Part shown: positions 13,690 through 25,551 of the stretch, one piece after another
Layout: each line of letters opens with the position of its first letter
Position numbering within the stretch: the stretch's first letter is position 1
Assembly: GCA_964016885.1 (NCBI GenBank)
Contig: OZ024747.1
Location: 89,094,001 to 89,158,000, forward strand
Length of the DNA: 64,000 nt
From: Eledone cirrhosa
Taxonomy: Eukaryota
Reading direction: 5' to 3'
Position numbers and translations under genes: made by a program
The notes under the pieces: generated by a model
What the model was told of the DNA's origin: nothing
The model's database searches: none
Seen by the model: only the letters and a program-made list of their open reading frames with translations

Positions 13690-13830
13690 TCATTATTTTA
13701 CGATCGTTTCTGGAGGGTAGTTCTCCGTATGTTCATTCTATTAGTGATCGATGTAAAATATATTACAAATTATCAAAGTAAGAAAAAATATACATACATC
13801 TTCCCTACCCGCCTTCTTCAGAAATAATGA
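13690..13830 (-). ncRNA. Type I hammerhead ribozyme at the Penelope 3' end
   Basis: Minus strand: tcattattt-CTGAAGA-aggcgggtag...ctaccctcca-GAAA-cgatcg-TA-aaataatga; 9-bp stem I, palindromic stem III, GUA cleavage triplet. Confidence 0.75.
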
Positions 13831-14499
13831 GTTTTGTTTATTGAAGAATATAAAAACATGTATGAATAAGTAACCTTTTAAGAACAAGGTTGAGATTGAC
13901 CAATAGTAAGAATAGGAAGGGGCAATATAGATCATTAAGCTGGTAGTAGTAGATGAATAAATTAGCAGTCAGGGGATGAGGTATCGAATGACCTTTAAGA
14001 AAAGAAAGTTTATGCAATCTGTCTAAAGGAATTTAGACGGATTGCATAGAAATTTCTAAAAAGTGTGGACGGTCAAGGAAGATTAAAGTTGGAGGAAAAG
14101 GGGTGCAGATATCAGTGTGTTATATCTAGTAGAATAGTATAGAACAATCCTAAATATTTGTTATTTCTTTGTTCAAGAGGAATAATTTGTTCTAAAAATA
14201 GAACAAGTAGAGGAATAAAGATGGAACCAAAGAAAAGTAAAAAGTAGATAAAAAAATATATAGGTAAGAAAATAATAAAATTTCTGTAAGTATTGTATTG
14301 TGTTAGAGTGGTCAGAATGAAGTTTTACCTGTAGGGAATTTTATTTTCGAATAAGAAATTTCATTAATAATCTGGTTTTCTTTGTCCGTTAAAGTTTTGT
14401 TAGAGTGTTGAATATAATGTAATATATAGTGCTCATTAATAGTTAATTATTTAAAATAGTTATAGGGATGAAATATAGGATTGAATCTATGGAGTAATT

Positions 14500-15138
14500 C
14501 TAATAGCAAAAAAATATATATACCTTCATTTGTTTAGTTGTATTTATAATACTTGAATGTCTCTTTCTAATTCTATGGTTACATGCGATAATTAATTCTT
14601 GTCTTTTATTTAATAGAATGTCTTTCGATTTAGTAATTTCAAAAATTTCTTGGGAACATAGTCCATACTCCTTTCTATTGCCCTGATAAGAAATGGCTCT
14701 TTTGAGAATCTGCCAAGTTAGATTATATTTAATATTCTTTTTACAATTATTAACTACTTCCGCTAAAGAAGTGGTGTTAGCTAATCTTGTGTTTCGAAAA
14801 CTGTGGGTGCGTGCATAAAATCTTGATTTAAACGGATTAGATGTGGATCCAATATAGGATTGATTAGAGTCCTTAGTGGTAATTATACATTTATACACTA
14901 TATTATTAATTAAGCAATTTCCATTTAAGGGGCAATTACTTTTTACTCTACAATTACAACCCTTTGTACATAGGCTATCAGCAACAGTGCTAGTATTTGT
15001 ATTTACATTTTTATATGAGAGAGAAGGGTTTGCGGTTGGGTGGTGATGGCTCAAAGGGTTGTTAGTTGGTGAAATTATAGGGGATATAGTGTTTATAGAA
15101 TCATGGTTGTTTTGGAAGTTATTGGTCAGATTGGTCAA
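14500..15138 (-). CDS. Penelope-like GIY-YIG endonuclease domain (decaying)
   Basis: CNCRVKSNCPLNGNCL..NIVYKC...YIGST...FKSRF...W.ILKRA...LC..E...LLNKR.E...C.H pattern of PLE endonucleases with a Cys-rich linker. Confidence 0.88.
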   Translation of the reverse strand: MTNLTNNFQNNHDSINTISPIISPTNNPLSHHHPTANPSLSYKNVNTNTSTVADSLCTKGCNCRVKSNCPLNGNCLINNIVYKCIITTKDSNQSYIGSTSNPFKSRFYARTHSFRNTRLANTTSLAEVVNNCKKNIKYNLTWQILKRAISYQGNRKEYGLCSQEIFEITKSKDILLNKRQELIIACNHRIRKRHSSIINTTKQMKVYIFFCY

Positions 15139-15337
15139 TATTCATAGCTAAAGGGCTTTCTAAATGTTTATTCATAAACATACCGTATATCATTAGATAT
15201 ACAAAATTCACATACTTATATATATGTGTATATATATATATGCGTGTGTATAAATCTACATGCATATGCGTGTTTGTGTATGTTTGATATAACTATATAG
15301 TTACTTTCTACTTGTTTTATATGCATATATATATATA

Positions 15338-15936
15338 TCATCATCATCATCATCATCACCGTTTTACGTCCGTTCTTCCACGTTAGCATGGGTTAGACGG
15401 GTTGTCCTGTTGTGTGCAGTGTCTGGTCGGCTGACCATGCCTTGCTCATACAGGAACTGATCTGGCTTGATTTCTACAGCTGGATGCCCTTCCTAACACC
15501 AACCTCATTTACAGTGAGTGCTGGGTGCTTTTTCGTGGCACCTACACGTCCACTTTACAGTGTGGGCTGGGTGCTTTTTTGCCGTGGCACCTCCACGACC
15601 ACCTTGCGGTGGGGGGTGTGGGGGCATATTGTTTATATGCTTCAGCATGTACCCATGGGAGGTCGGGTACTCTGTATTACTGCGTGACGCCAGAAGTCAC
15701 GGTCGTGTGTCATTGTCTTTGAGAGGTGTAATTGGGTAAGGTCGGCTTTTATCACCTCATCCCAGGTCATCTTGGGTCTCCCCACTCTGCGGTTTCCATC
15801 AACTTCTAGTGCTCTGCACCTTTTTATGCAGCTGTCATCCTTCATACGCATCACATGTCCATACCAGCGCAACCGCCTCTCCTGCACACAGCATTTGATT
15901 CCTCTTATGCTCAGTCTCTCTCTCAATTCATTTATG
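15338..15936 (-). mobile_element. Young 5'-truncated RTE LINE
   Basis: ORF RRLRWYGHVMRM...GRPKMTW; near-identical to ~60338-60937; (ATC)n tail; TA repeats on both sides. Confidence 0.93.
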
Positions 15937-15977
<41 letters not shown>

Positions 15978-15981
<4 letters not shown>

Positions 15982-16190
15982 GGAGGCAGTAGAAGCCCAG
16001 GGAGACTAAAAAAGGACTTGGATGGAGGATGTCGGTCGGGATCAAGCTAGACTTGGCCTTGGCCCAAGTGAGAAGAGTGGACAGAAACACATGGAGCTGG
16101 ACGATAAGGAGCAATGTCAGGCAGGGCCCAGCCCTACTTAGGGATTAATTGTGCTCTGTATAATCAAAAACTGGATGATGATGATGATGA
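15978..16190 (+). mobile_element. Diverged RTE 3' end (different family)
   Basis: GSRSPGRLKK/TWMEDV...DRNTW-like translation with frameshifts and (GAT)n tail. Confidence 0.6.
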
Positions 16191-16359
16191 TTAGTTACAA
16201 TATATTTGATAGATGATGTTGGACATTGTTTTGATGTGGTAAAGGTTGTACAGTTTGTATGTGGGTAACTGTTATATTGTATGGTGTGTCTTTGGTAGAC
16301 TAGACTTGTTGGGGAGGGTTATGTAAGGGAAAAATGTATATATATATATATATATATGC

Positions 16360-16845
16360 ATGTGTGAGTGTGTGTGTGAGAGTAAGTGTGTGTGAGTGTG
16401 TGTGTGTGTAATTGTGTGTGAGTGTGTGTGAATGTGTATGTGTGCGTGTGTGTGTATGTGTATATGAGTGTGTGAGTGTGTGTGTGAGTGAGTGAATGAG
16501 TGAGTGTGCGTGTGAATGTGTGTGTGTGTGTGTGTGTGAACGTGTGTATGTGAGTGAGTGTGTGTGTGAGTGTGTGTGAATGTGTGTGTGAGTGTGTGTG
16601 TGAGTGTGTGAGTGTGCGTGTGAGTGTGTGTGTATGTAAGTGAATATGTGTATGAGTGTGAGTGAATGAGTGTGTGTGTGTGAGAGTGAGTGAGTGTTTG
16701 TGTGTGTCTGTGTGAATGTGTGTGTGAACGTGTGTAAGTGTGTGTGTGTGTGAATGTATGTGTGTGTGTATATGAGTGAGTGTGTGTGTATGAGTGTGTG
16801 TGTGTGTGTGTGTGTGAGTGAGTGAGTGTATGTGTGTGTGTGTAG
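16360..16845. repeat. Degenerate (TG)n/(TGAG)n microsatellite
   Basis: Directly visible. Confidence 0.95.
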
Positions 16846-16956
16846 CTAAATCTAGGTAGACTTAGAAGACTAATTTTGAATTTAATAACTCTATTACTCT
16901 ATTACTCTCTTACATACTCCAGCTGACATGTTGAGGCCATGCTGGGGCACTGCCAT

Positions 16957-17180
16957 TGGTGGCAGAATCGGTAGAGCATCAGACACCATGTTTAGTGGCA
17001 TAGAGTTATGACCCTTTACGTTCTGAGTTCAAATCCCAGTTCAAAACCGAGGTTAGCTTTGCCTTTCATCCTTACTGGGTTGATGAAATAAAGTACCAGT
17101 AATGTACTGGGGTCGATTTAATCGACTTTCCCTTTCCTCAAAACTTGTTGGTCTTATGCCTAACTCAGAAACCATTATCA
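16957..17180 (+). mobile_element. Nin-domain SINE family A
   Basis: A/B boxes and Nin-like core as at 12918; further copies at 28180-28414 (-), 29752-29875 (+) and 39835-40015 (+). Confidence 0.8.
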
Positions 17181-17318
17181 TATTTTTAAATTAAGTGTTG
17201 ATACAATTTAGTGCAATTTCAAATTATAATTATTAATGTAAACGAGAGCCAAAAGTGAGTGCATGGGAGATCTGTCTGTTTATTCTGTTTTCATATCATC
17301 CCTGTTTACACCCTTTAA

Positions 17319-17539
17319 CCCTTTAGCAGTTAAACCACCTGTATCTGGTCATAATTCTTTCATCTCTTTCTGTTCAAACCAGCTGTAACTAGCCACTCAT
17401 ACTGATGTTAAGGTATTGTTCTCAAAATAAATAATATCAAAATCTCATAGATTCGATATTATGCGAGATAATTATGTAAGGTAAAGTGTTTACCATAAAA
17501 ATAAAATAGTAAATATAGAGTAATGTAAATGCTAAAGGG
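17319..17539. mobile_element. piggyBac-like MITE family 1
   Basis: ttaa|ccctttagca...tgctaaaggg|ttga. Confidence 0.85.
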
Positions 17540-18212
17540 TTGAAAGTGGTTGGTGATAGTAAGGGTACCCAGTCATATAAACTGAGCCAAACTAGTACAA
17601 TGTACACAATAACAAAATCTGGCAGGTTTTCTCTGTCATCAGATAACAAAGGATCTGTGATAAGCGGTGAGATAGTCTACTGTCACTTGAAATAAATAAT
17701 TCTATTTTCCATTTGCTGACCTTGGAAAAACATTGAACAAGTCCCCACGCTCTGTAGTTTGGTGGGTACTATAATTGGTAATTTTGTTAAAAAAGCTAGA
17801 CGTACATGAATGATTTGTGGGAGAGTTGAAATCATGAAGAGGAGTGTTATAAGTTAAAAAAATGTGGAAGCTTATATCCGTTCCAAGCCCAGATGATCAT
17901 CAGACTGCTGTTTATTCCAGTTTCATTGGTGTGAAGTTATTGAAAGTACATTACAAACAAAGAGTCAAGAGAACTCTTTAGTTGTGCCTGGGACATGACA
18001 ACCTCCCTAGTGCTGGTGCTATGAAAATGTACATAGAGCACTCTGTAGACAGATAAACAGAGAGTGTGGGAATGTTTACAAGCAAGATGTGGCCACCAGT
18101 ATATTCATTGTACTGTGTTCCCCACATTTGTTTTTACTGTTTTCTGTGTCAAGGGCATAGCAAGCTGTCTAGTGGTGTTACCTCAATAAAATGCACCCAT
18201 TAGACTCTACAG

Positions 18213-18376
18213 TAGTCATAGGCAAACTGCAGCCCGCGAGCTGCATGCGGCCCATTTGGCTTTCTGAGTGGCACCCCTAATTTCAAAATTGCCTTGAATT
18301 TTTTAGTAGTGTGGCCTGCTTTATGATGAGCCACATTCTATGTGGCCCACTGCTCGAAAAAGGTTGCCCATGCATG
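18213..18376. mobile_element. hAT (Buster-type) MITE, 164 bp
   Basis: Exact 8-bp TSD CTCTACAG (18205-18212 and 18377-18384) with central TA; imperfect TIRs cataggcaaac / gttgcccatg. Confidence 0.88.
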
Positions 18377-18570
18377 CTCTACAGAATAGCATAACATATA
18401 TAAGCACTCTAATGGGAAATTGAATAGTTTATTTCAAGTAACAGTACAGGATTTAACCACATATCGAAATGCCCATTAAGGAGTTAACTTCACCCCATCC
18501 TACACTGACACCAAGAACTTGTGTGTCTGATGCTCAACTCCATCGTCTGCAACACACACACACAGACACA

Positions 18571-18629
<59 letters not shown>

Positions 18630-19563
18630 TTGTGAGCTTATGTTGTTGATCAGATTCAGTGCACAAATATCATGTTTGCTACATTGACAGCAAAATTCAG
18701 CTGCAGCACTGCAGAATCAAAGAATACCCTCATAAATATACCTTTTGGTAAAAATGTACCTAGATAAAGACTGGAGTCAAGATATAACAGTTACCATTTG
18801 AGCCAAAGACTGGAAATGTCAGGAACTTGCAAGTCAAAGAAGCAATCCACTATCAAGGGAAACAAACCAATCATCAACAAATTAATCTAATGAAGTTCAT
18901 TGGCTAATTTAGCCACTCCCATCAGCCCCCCCCCCCCATCCCAAATGTAAAGGCAAAATTTGGGACGTCTGTCTTACCTATTAATAATAAAATTCTGGCA
19001 AAAGAGCATTGAAATATACCTCATACAACAGTGGTCAAGCTCATAGCAGTGGAGACTTCCGGTATCCTTGGCCCTAGGGCCACCTCCCTAGTCACCACCC
19101 TTGGCACAGAGTTGGCTACCCACAGGTGTTAGTCCCACAAGCTGGAATGGTTCCTCCAATGGGTCTTCCCCACCATCCAGTGGGGAAATGTCTTCTCTAT
19201 TCTGTGTACTGGGGCCGCAGCGTGGTCAGCACATGGGATCCTATTTTCTCACAATAGTGGGAGATGGGGAGATTGAGAGAGACTGAGGCAGTGACAGTGG
19301 AAATTTGATTCCATTATGTTCAGACCTAATATATTGGGTAAAGACCACCTTTAGTCATGAATGACCATGTGATTTGCACCTAGAAAGTTCCTCACTGAGG
19401 CACAAGTTCAGGCAAGGTTGTTTGTGGAAGACCTGCAGTTGTACATGCATACTAGTCTCCCCTTTCCATGCCACTGATATTGTTCAAAGGAAAGGCAACG
19501 GCTGATACAGCTTGTCACACCCGTGATGTTGCCACTCATTTCTACCCCTGATTGAATCAGGGG

Positions 19564-19606
<43 letters not shown>

Positions 19607-19677
19607 TGAAGTTTCCATTGAAAATTGAAAAAGTCATAGGAGTGAAGAGTGCTCTATGTAAGTACCAGAGCTAAATT

Positions 19678-19905
19678 TAATGTATAATAAACAATACAAT
19701 ATAATTACCTCATTACCAGAGGTTTCCTGAATAAGACAAATACAAAAAACGTCCTCATTTTGCCTTTCTTGAGGAGATTTTCAAATATTTCACTATGTTT
19801 TAAATTGCCTTGTCCGATGAACGAATGAGGATGTTTTTTGTATTCGTCTTATTCGGGAAACCTCTGGTAATGAGGTAATTATATTGTATTGTTTATTATA
19901 CATTA
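19678..19905 (+). mobile_element. Penelope-like end with ~80-bp inverted repeat and decayed hammerhead
   Basis: Arms 19678-19759 and 19824-19905; CCGATGA (19814)...GAAA-cctc tggtaat gagg-TA. Confidence 0.65.
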
Positions 19906-19915
19906 TATATATATA

Positions 19916-20235
19916 TATAAAGAAAAAAAGATGAAATCGAAAATGCAACTGGAGTCTTATTTAAAAAAATATATATATATTTATTTGGTTCCTTTACTGG
20001 TTTCGCAGGATCTGTGTCACAGATGTGAGAAAAACCACAGACCCTCCATCTCAACTCTACTTTTGAAAAGCAGAAGAACTGCGAAACCGGTAAAGGAACC
20101 AAATAAATATATATATTTAAAAAAAAATAAGACTCCAGTTGCATTTTCGATTTCATCTTTTTTTCTTTATACTTTCACTCGTGTAGGACACCTCGGTTAT
20201 TTTTCATTTTGTAAAAAAAACCTCACTTTCTAATA
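19916..20235 (+). mobile_element. Penelope-like end with ~90-bp inverted repeat and decayed hammerhead
   Basis: Arms 19916-20008 and 20079-20171; ctt-TTGAAAA-gcag aagaa ctgc-GAAA-ccgg-TA-aag. Confidence 0.6.
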
Positions 20236-20687
20236 ATATATATATATATTTGGGCCTAGTGATCATGGTAGAACACTACTCTGAAGGAGCTTAGCAAACT
20301 ATCAGCCTGCTTTGCTGAAACATCATAACTATGTTGTAAGAAAATGAATATATAGAATTAGATATATAAGTTGTTTATACTTAATTATTTCTCTCTGTCT
20401 TTCTCTCTCTTTCTCTCTCTCTTCATCTATATCAAGCGTTAAACTAATATATTTCTCCATATTGTACTGTGCTGTTTGGTTTGATATAGAAATGACTTCT
20501 ACAGGACTAAAGCCATTTCATTCATTGTATACACTTTACTAATGTATTGAGTACTTTACTTACTGTGGTTACCCCTGATTATACGCGACACACATATATA
20601 TATTTATATTTATATATATATGTGTATGTTTGTGTGTAATGCACATCAGGGAAAACAGACATTAAATGATGATGATGATCATCATCA

Positions 20688-20750
<63 letters not shown>

Positions 20751-21294
20751 TGGAATAAACAACATAAGATAATTATTTCATTTACCAATGGTTTCTTGAA
20801 GTCAGATATTTGTCTGTAGCCTACATAGAGCACTCTCTTTTCCTTTACCTTTTCTACGGAAATACTTCATTTATATATATACATATATACACACACACAC
20901 ACATTCATACACACACATATATATATATATATTTATACATATATATGTATATATAAAACAAACAATTTTGTTTTAGCTACTCTCTAATCTTGGGAGGTGA
21001 AACAAATATCTTGTCAAGGTGGGAGATTAGCTGGGCGTTATTTCTGGAGCTGACCATAGTATATTGAATTAGATTAATGTGATTAAAACCTTTCAGAATA
21101 GTTTAGTAGTTTAGTAGTTTAGTATGTATAAATAATAAGTCTCTAATGGAGATTGACTAAGTGAAAAATAAAACTTTACTTTCAAATGGAAACGAATATG
21201 AAAATGAACTCCACAGAAAATAAATGTCTATACAGTTCTAAAAATGTTTGTTTTTAGTTTTACAAAAGTACAAATTCCTCCTCCTCCTCACTTT

Positions 21295-21880
21295 CACCAC
21301 CACCACCATTGCTGCTATATCAACCCCCCCCCCCCCCATCACGACCACTGCCATCATCACTGCTGCTGTATCACCCCCATCACCACCATCACCATCACCA
21401 CCACCACCACCACCATCACCGCCACCACAACCACCACAGCCATGACCACTACCTTGGCCTCCACCACAGTCGCTGCAAGCACCACCATTACTGCAACCAC
21501 CACTGCCACTACATCACCACCACCATCAACACCACCACCACAGCCACTGCCACCACCATCACAATCACCATTACCACCACCACCACCATCACTACTGTTA
21601 CCACCACTACTACTACCACTACTGTCTGCAACACCGCCATTGTTCCCTACCCCATTACTATGCTCCCATACACCGTTACCCCCACCCCACTGCTACTACT
21701 GCCACAACCACCACCACCACCACCACCACCATCACAACTAACACTACCACCACCACCACCACCATCACAACTAACACTACCACCACCACCACCACAACCA
21801 CCACCACCACCACCACAACCACCATCACCACCACAACTAACAACACCACTACCACTATCACCATCCTCAGCAACAACATC
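21295..21880. repeat. Degenerate (ACC)n repeat
   Basis: Directly visible. Confidence 0.93.
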
Positions 21881-21892
21881 ATTACATGATTA

Positions 21893-22263
21893 CTCTCCAG
21901 TCCCGAATAATCGTCCCCCCCTCCCCACACTTATTAATTTTTTCAGATTTTTTTCCACCCCACCCTGCTAAATTAAATTTTGCTAATCTCTGGCGAAATT
22001 TTATTTTAAGTTGTAGCATTCTTGCAACAATTAATTTTCTTTAGACATTAAAAAACATTACACATGGCAACAAAAGTACATTACTAGAAATCCAATATAT
22101 TATAAAATAAATAGGATGGGTTGGGGGTCTCAATATGTAAACTAAACGACTAATTCTGGTTTTAAAAAAAAACTCCTACGGAGACAACCTAGGAAAATTA
22201 CTGATTTTTAACCTCCCTCCCCCACACTTATTCCCCCCCTCCCTATCATTTGGGACATGAGAA
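21893..22263. mobile_element. TA-flanked MITE (Tc1/mariner-like); second copy inverted at 25850-26195
   Basis: ta|ctctccagtcccgaataat...atcatttgggacatgagaa|ta; body is the reverse complement of 25850-26195. Confidence 0.75.
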
Positions 22264-22389
22264 TATACTTTTGAATTTGTGATAATACTTGAGTCCAGAA
22301 GTTGAAGTCATTGAAACACGTCATGTTGGCTGACCTGCTAGAAAGAGCAGTCAAATTTCGTTCAGCCCACATCCCATTGTTTTAATTAA

Positions 22390-22693
22390 TCCTTTTGTTA
22401 CCAAACCACCTGAAACCACCCCTGGTTCTCTGATACCAATGTGTATATTTCAAAGTATTTATCATCATCACCATCACCATTATTTAACGTCTGTTCTCCC
22501 TGCTAGCAAGAGTTATCTAAAAACCTTCCATCGTAATTTTATGTAAGAAACTTTGTTACATTATGTTGCAAACACCAGCTAAATAACAAGAAAGTTAGTT
22601 ATATAACTAAATCTTTCCAAATTCTTGATTATTTTCAAAATTATCAAAAAATTCTAGGTGGTGTTTATCATTAGAAATAAGTTAACAAAAGAG
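22390..22693. mobile_element. piggyBac-like MITE family 2 nested in a family D SINE (22320-22812)
   Basis: ttaa|tccttttgttac...gttaacaaaagag|ttaa; contains a short RTE tail at ~22461-22512. Confidence 0.7.
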
Positions 22694-23175
22694 TTAAAGA
22701 CACATTGAATAATGTAGTCTGGTGTACACAATGCCTGAAAATAATAACTGGAATGTCTTTGGTCATAGGTTTACTGGATCCATGCTTACCAAGGATTAAA
22801 CAACAACAACAAGAGACTTCAGATAGACTTTATCTAGATCAGTAGATCTTCAACTGTGAACTTTGGTGCTCTGGTTCACCACAAGATTTAATTTGATGCA
22901 CTTGCAAAAGAGTAAGGTTTCTCTTTCAAAAAGTGAAAAATATAAATTGAAATTTGTAATAAAGTTCATATTGAGCTGGAATGGCTCTTCCAGCACGTCT
23001 TCCCCACCATCCTCCAGGGAAATGCCCTCTCTATTCTGTCCACCGAGGCTGCAGGGTGGCCAGTGCATGGGTCCCCATTATGTTCAGACCTAATACATTG
23101 GGTAAAGAATCCCTTTAGTCATGAATGACTATGTCATACCAACCGAGTGTCACTACTACTACTACTACTACTACT

Positions 23176-23232
<57 letters not shown>

Positions 23233-23310
23233 AAGAGCGAGGAGAGAGAGAGAGAGAGAAAGAGCGAGGAGAGAGAGAGAGAGAGAAAGAGCGAGGAGAG
23301 AGAGAGAGCA

Positions 23311-23350
<40 letters not shown>

Positions 23351-23716
23351 GAAAATGTATTATGATAGAAAGTGTTTAGATAAATATAAACACTTTAAAA
23401 TAAACAGTTTTATATTATAGAACCAGGGGTGGTTTGGTATTAAAAGGGTTAACTCACCAATGACAGGCACTGGAAAAGCATTGAGAAGAGTATGACTGTT
23501 GGTAGTGGTTGAGAAGTCAAAATGACAAGATGTCGCTTGTAATTCTTGTTTGTTTTTGTAACTACAAACTGACTTCACCATGTTGAGTTACTTGGTTCTG
23601 TGATGATTTCTTTGATTAGATAGTTACTTCTTATCTGATGACTTTATTGCTGTCTATAGAATACATTCAAGCAGGTGCAGTAATATTAGGTTTTATGTTG
23701 TAGTATTTGATATTAA

Positions 23717-23937
23717 CCCTTTAGCATTTAAACCAGATGTATCTGGCCAGAATTCTCTCATCTCTTTCTGTTCAAGCTGGCTGTAACTGGTTGCTCATAC
23801 TTATGTTAAGGTATTGTTCTCAAAATAAATAATATCAAAATCTCATAGATTTGATATTATCTGAGATAATTATGTGAGATAAAATGTTTACTGTGAAAAT
23901 ATAATAGTAAATATAGAGTAATGTAAATGCTAAAGGG
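23717..23937. mobile_element. piggyBac-like MITE family 1
   Basis: TTAA TSD on both sides; TIR ccctttagcattta / taaatgctaaaggg. Confidence 0.92.
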
Positions 23938-25342
23938 TTAAATTGGTAAAAGGTGTAACATGTTGAGTCTTGTGGCAAGACAAAAGGTTTCTAAGCTATT
24001 AAACTTTAATATCACAGGAAGATGCTGAGAAATGCACCTGTGTCTAGCTATAACATCTGAGCAGAGACTGTCTCTAACTAATGGTGTCTGTTCTTTATAC
24101 AAATTCCAGCATATCAAATATCAAATTCACATATTCTTGTAATTCAGGAACTAAGCTGCATTGATACCATTACAATACTGCCTCTGAATGGTTTAATGAC
24201 TAAACCATTCTGATATTAGCTTTGATAAAGTTGACAGTATTTCTACTGTCAACGCAAGCTTACATTGATTGATTGTTAATTACAATATTAATGAGAGTAT
24301 CAAACAAAAGATGTTCCAATAAAGCTGAAAAACTTAACAAAATTAACAAAGTCAATATGTTGCAGATTGGTTTATTATTTTCTTTATAATGATGTCCTGT
24401 GGGTTCTTTACATGATTTGCAAGCACAAATGAACCTTTCACTCACATCTGTGACATGCAGAATCTCATTTTTCTGCAGCCATTGTATTTAGCCACTTCCT
24501 TTCTCAGCTACTTCTGAAATAACTTCCTGTTTGGTGCTCTCCCTTGGAAGAGGTGCAGTATTTACAATGATATCCTCATTAAAAAAAACAAATAAAAAAC
24601 ACCCTCCCAAAAGTGTGCACTTTTTAAAGTCAAGCCAAATGTTCAAGATTTTACTTTTGATAAATCTGAACCTTATACCAGTAAACATTATTGAATTTTT
24701 TTTTTGCATACAGTTTAAACAATACTGATTCCTTATTCAGGCTCATCATATGCTTTCCTTGTCCAGGAGTGTTAATCTTTGAAGAAATTGATCCAGGGAT
24801 TGTGTTGCCTGCTGCTTGTGAGTTATTAATCTAAATATCCCATCACTAACTACTTTACAGTACACTCTGTAAAATGGTTGGTGATACAGACCTGCCAACC
24901 TCTCAAAACCAAAACAGTAGTACCATGAAAACAATTCCCTAAAATGGGGAGAAATGAGGCAAAATGGGGAGATTTTACATAATGAAAGCTGTATCCATTT
25001 TAACAAGAGAAGACATCTCTCACCCACTCCAAAGTGGGTGGGAGATCTCCCCATTGGATGGAGAGAGTTGACAGGTCTGGTGATAGGAAGGGAATCCAGC
25101 TGTAGTCAACTTGTCAAACAATAGGTCAAGAGGATTTTTCAGTTATGTAAAAGACATGATAACCTCTTCAGTGCTAATGCCACAATAAAATGCACCTGGT
25201 GCACTCTGTAAAGAGTGCAAAAATGTATGCAAGTGAGTCGTAGCCTCTGGTTCATCTAATAAGTCAGCAGCTCTGATTAAATACTGACTTTATCAGTGAC
25301 AACCTGTCCAATTCTTGGCTAGCAGGGGAGAATGAACGTTAT

Positions 25343-25551
25343 CCCTTTAGCATTTATACTGTTTTATATTTACTATTGTATTTTCACATTTTACATAATT
25401 ATCTCGCGTAATATTGAGACTATGAGATTTTAATGTTATTTATTTTGAGAACAATACTTTAATGTAGGTATGAGCGACCAGTTACAGCTGGTTTGAACAG
25501 AAAGAGGTGAGAGAGTTCTGGCCGAATGCGGCCGGTTTAAATGCTAAAGGG
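25343..25551. mobile_element. piggyBac-like MITE family 1
   Basis: Same TIRs, opposite orientation to 23717. Confidence 0.88.

Larger units (their letters stand above)
13632..15200 (-). mobile_element. 5'-truncated Penelope-like retroelement in (TA)n
   Basis: GIY-YIG ORF, long AT-rich 3' region and terminal hammerhead; bounded by TA microsatellites. Confidence 0.8.

Noticed and set aside
23945-24600. Possible piggyBac transposase remnants (LWQDKR; CKSCKEP)
   Set aside because: Motifs too short, on opposite strands and interrupted by stops
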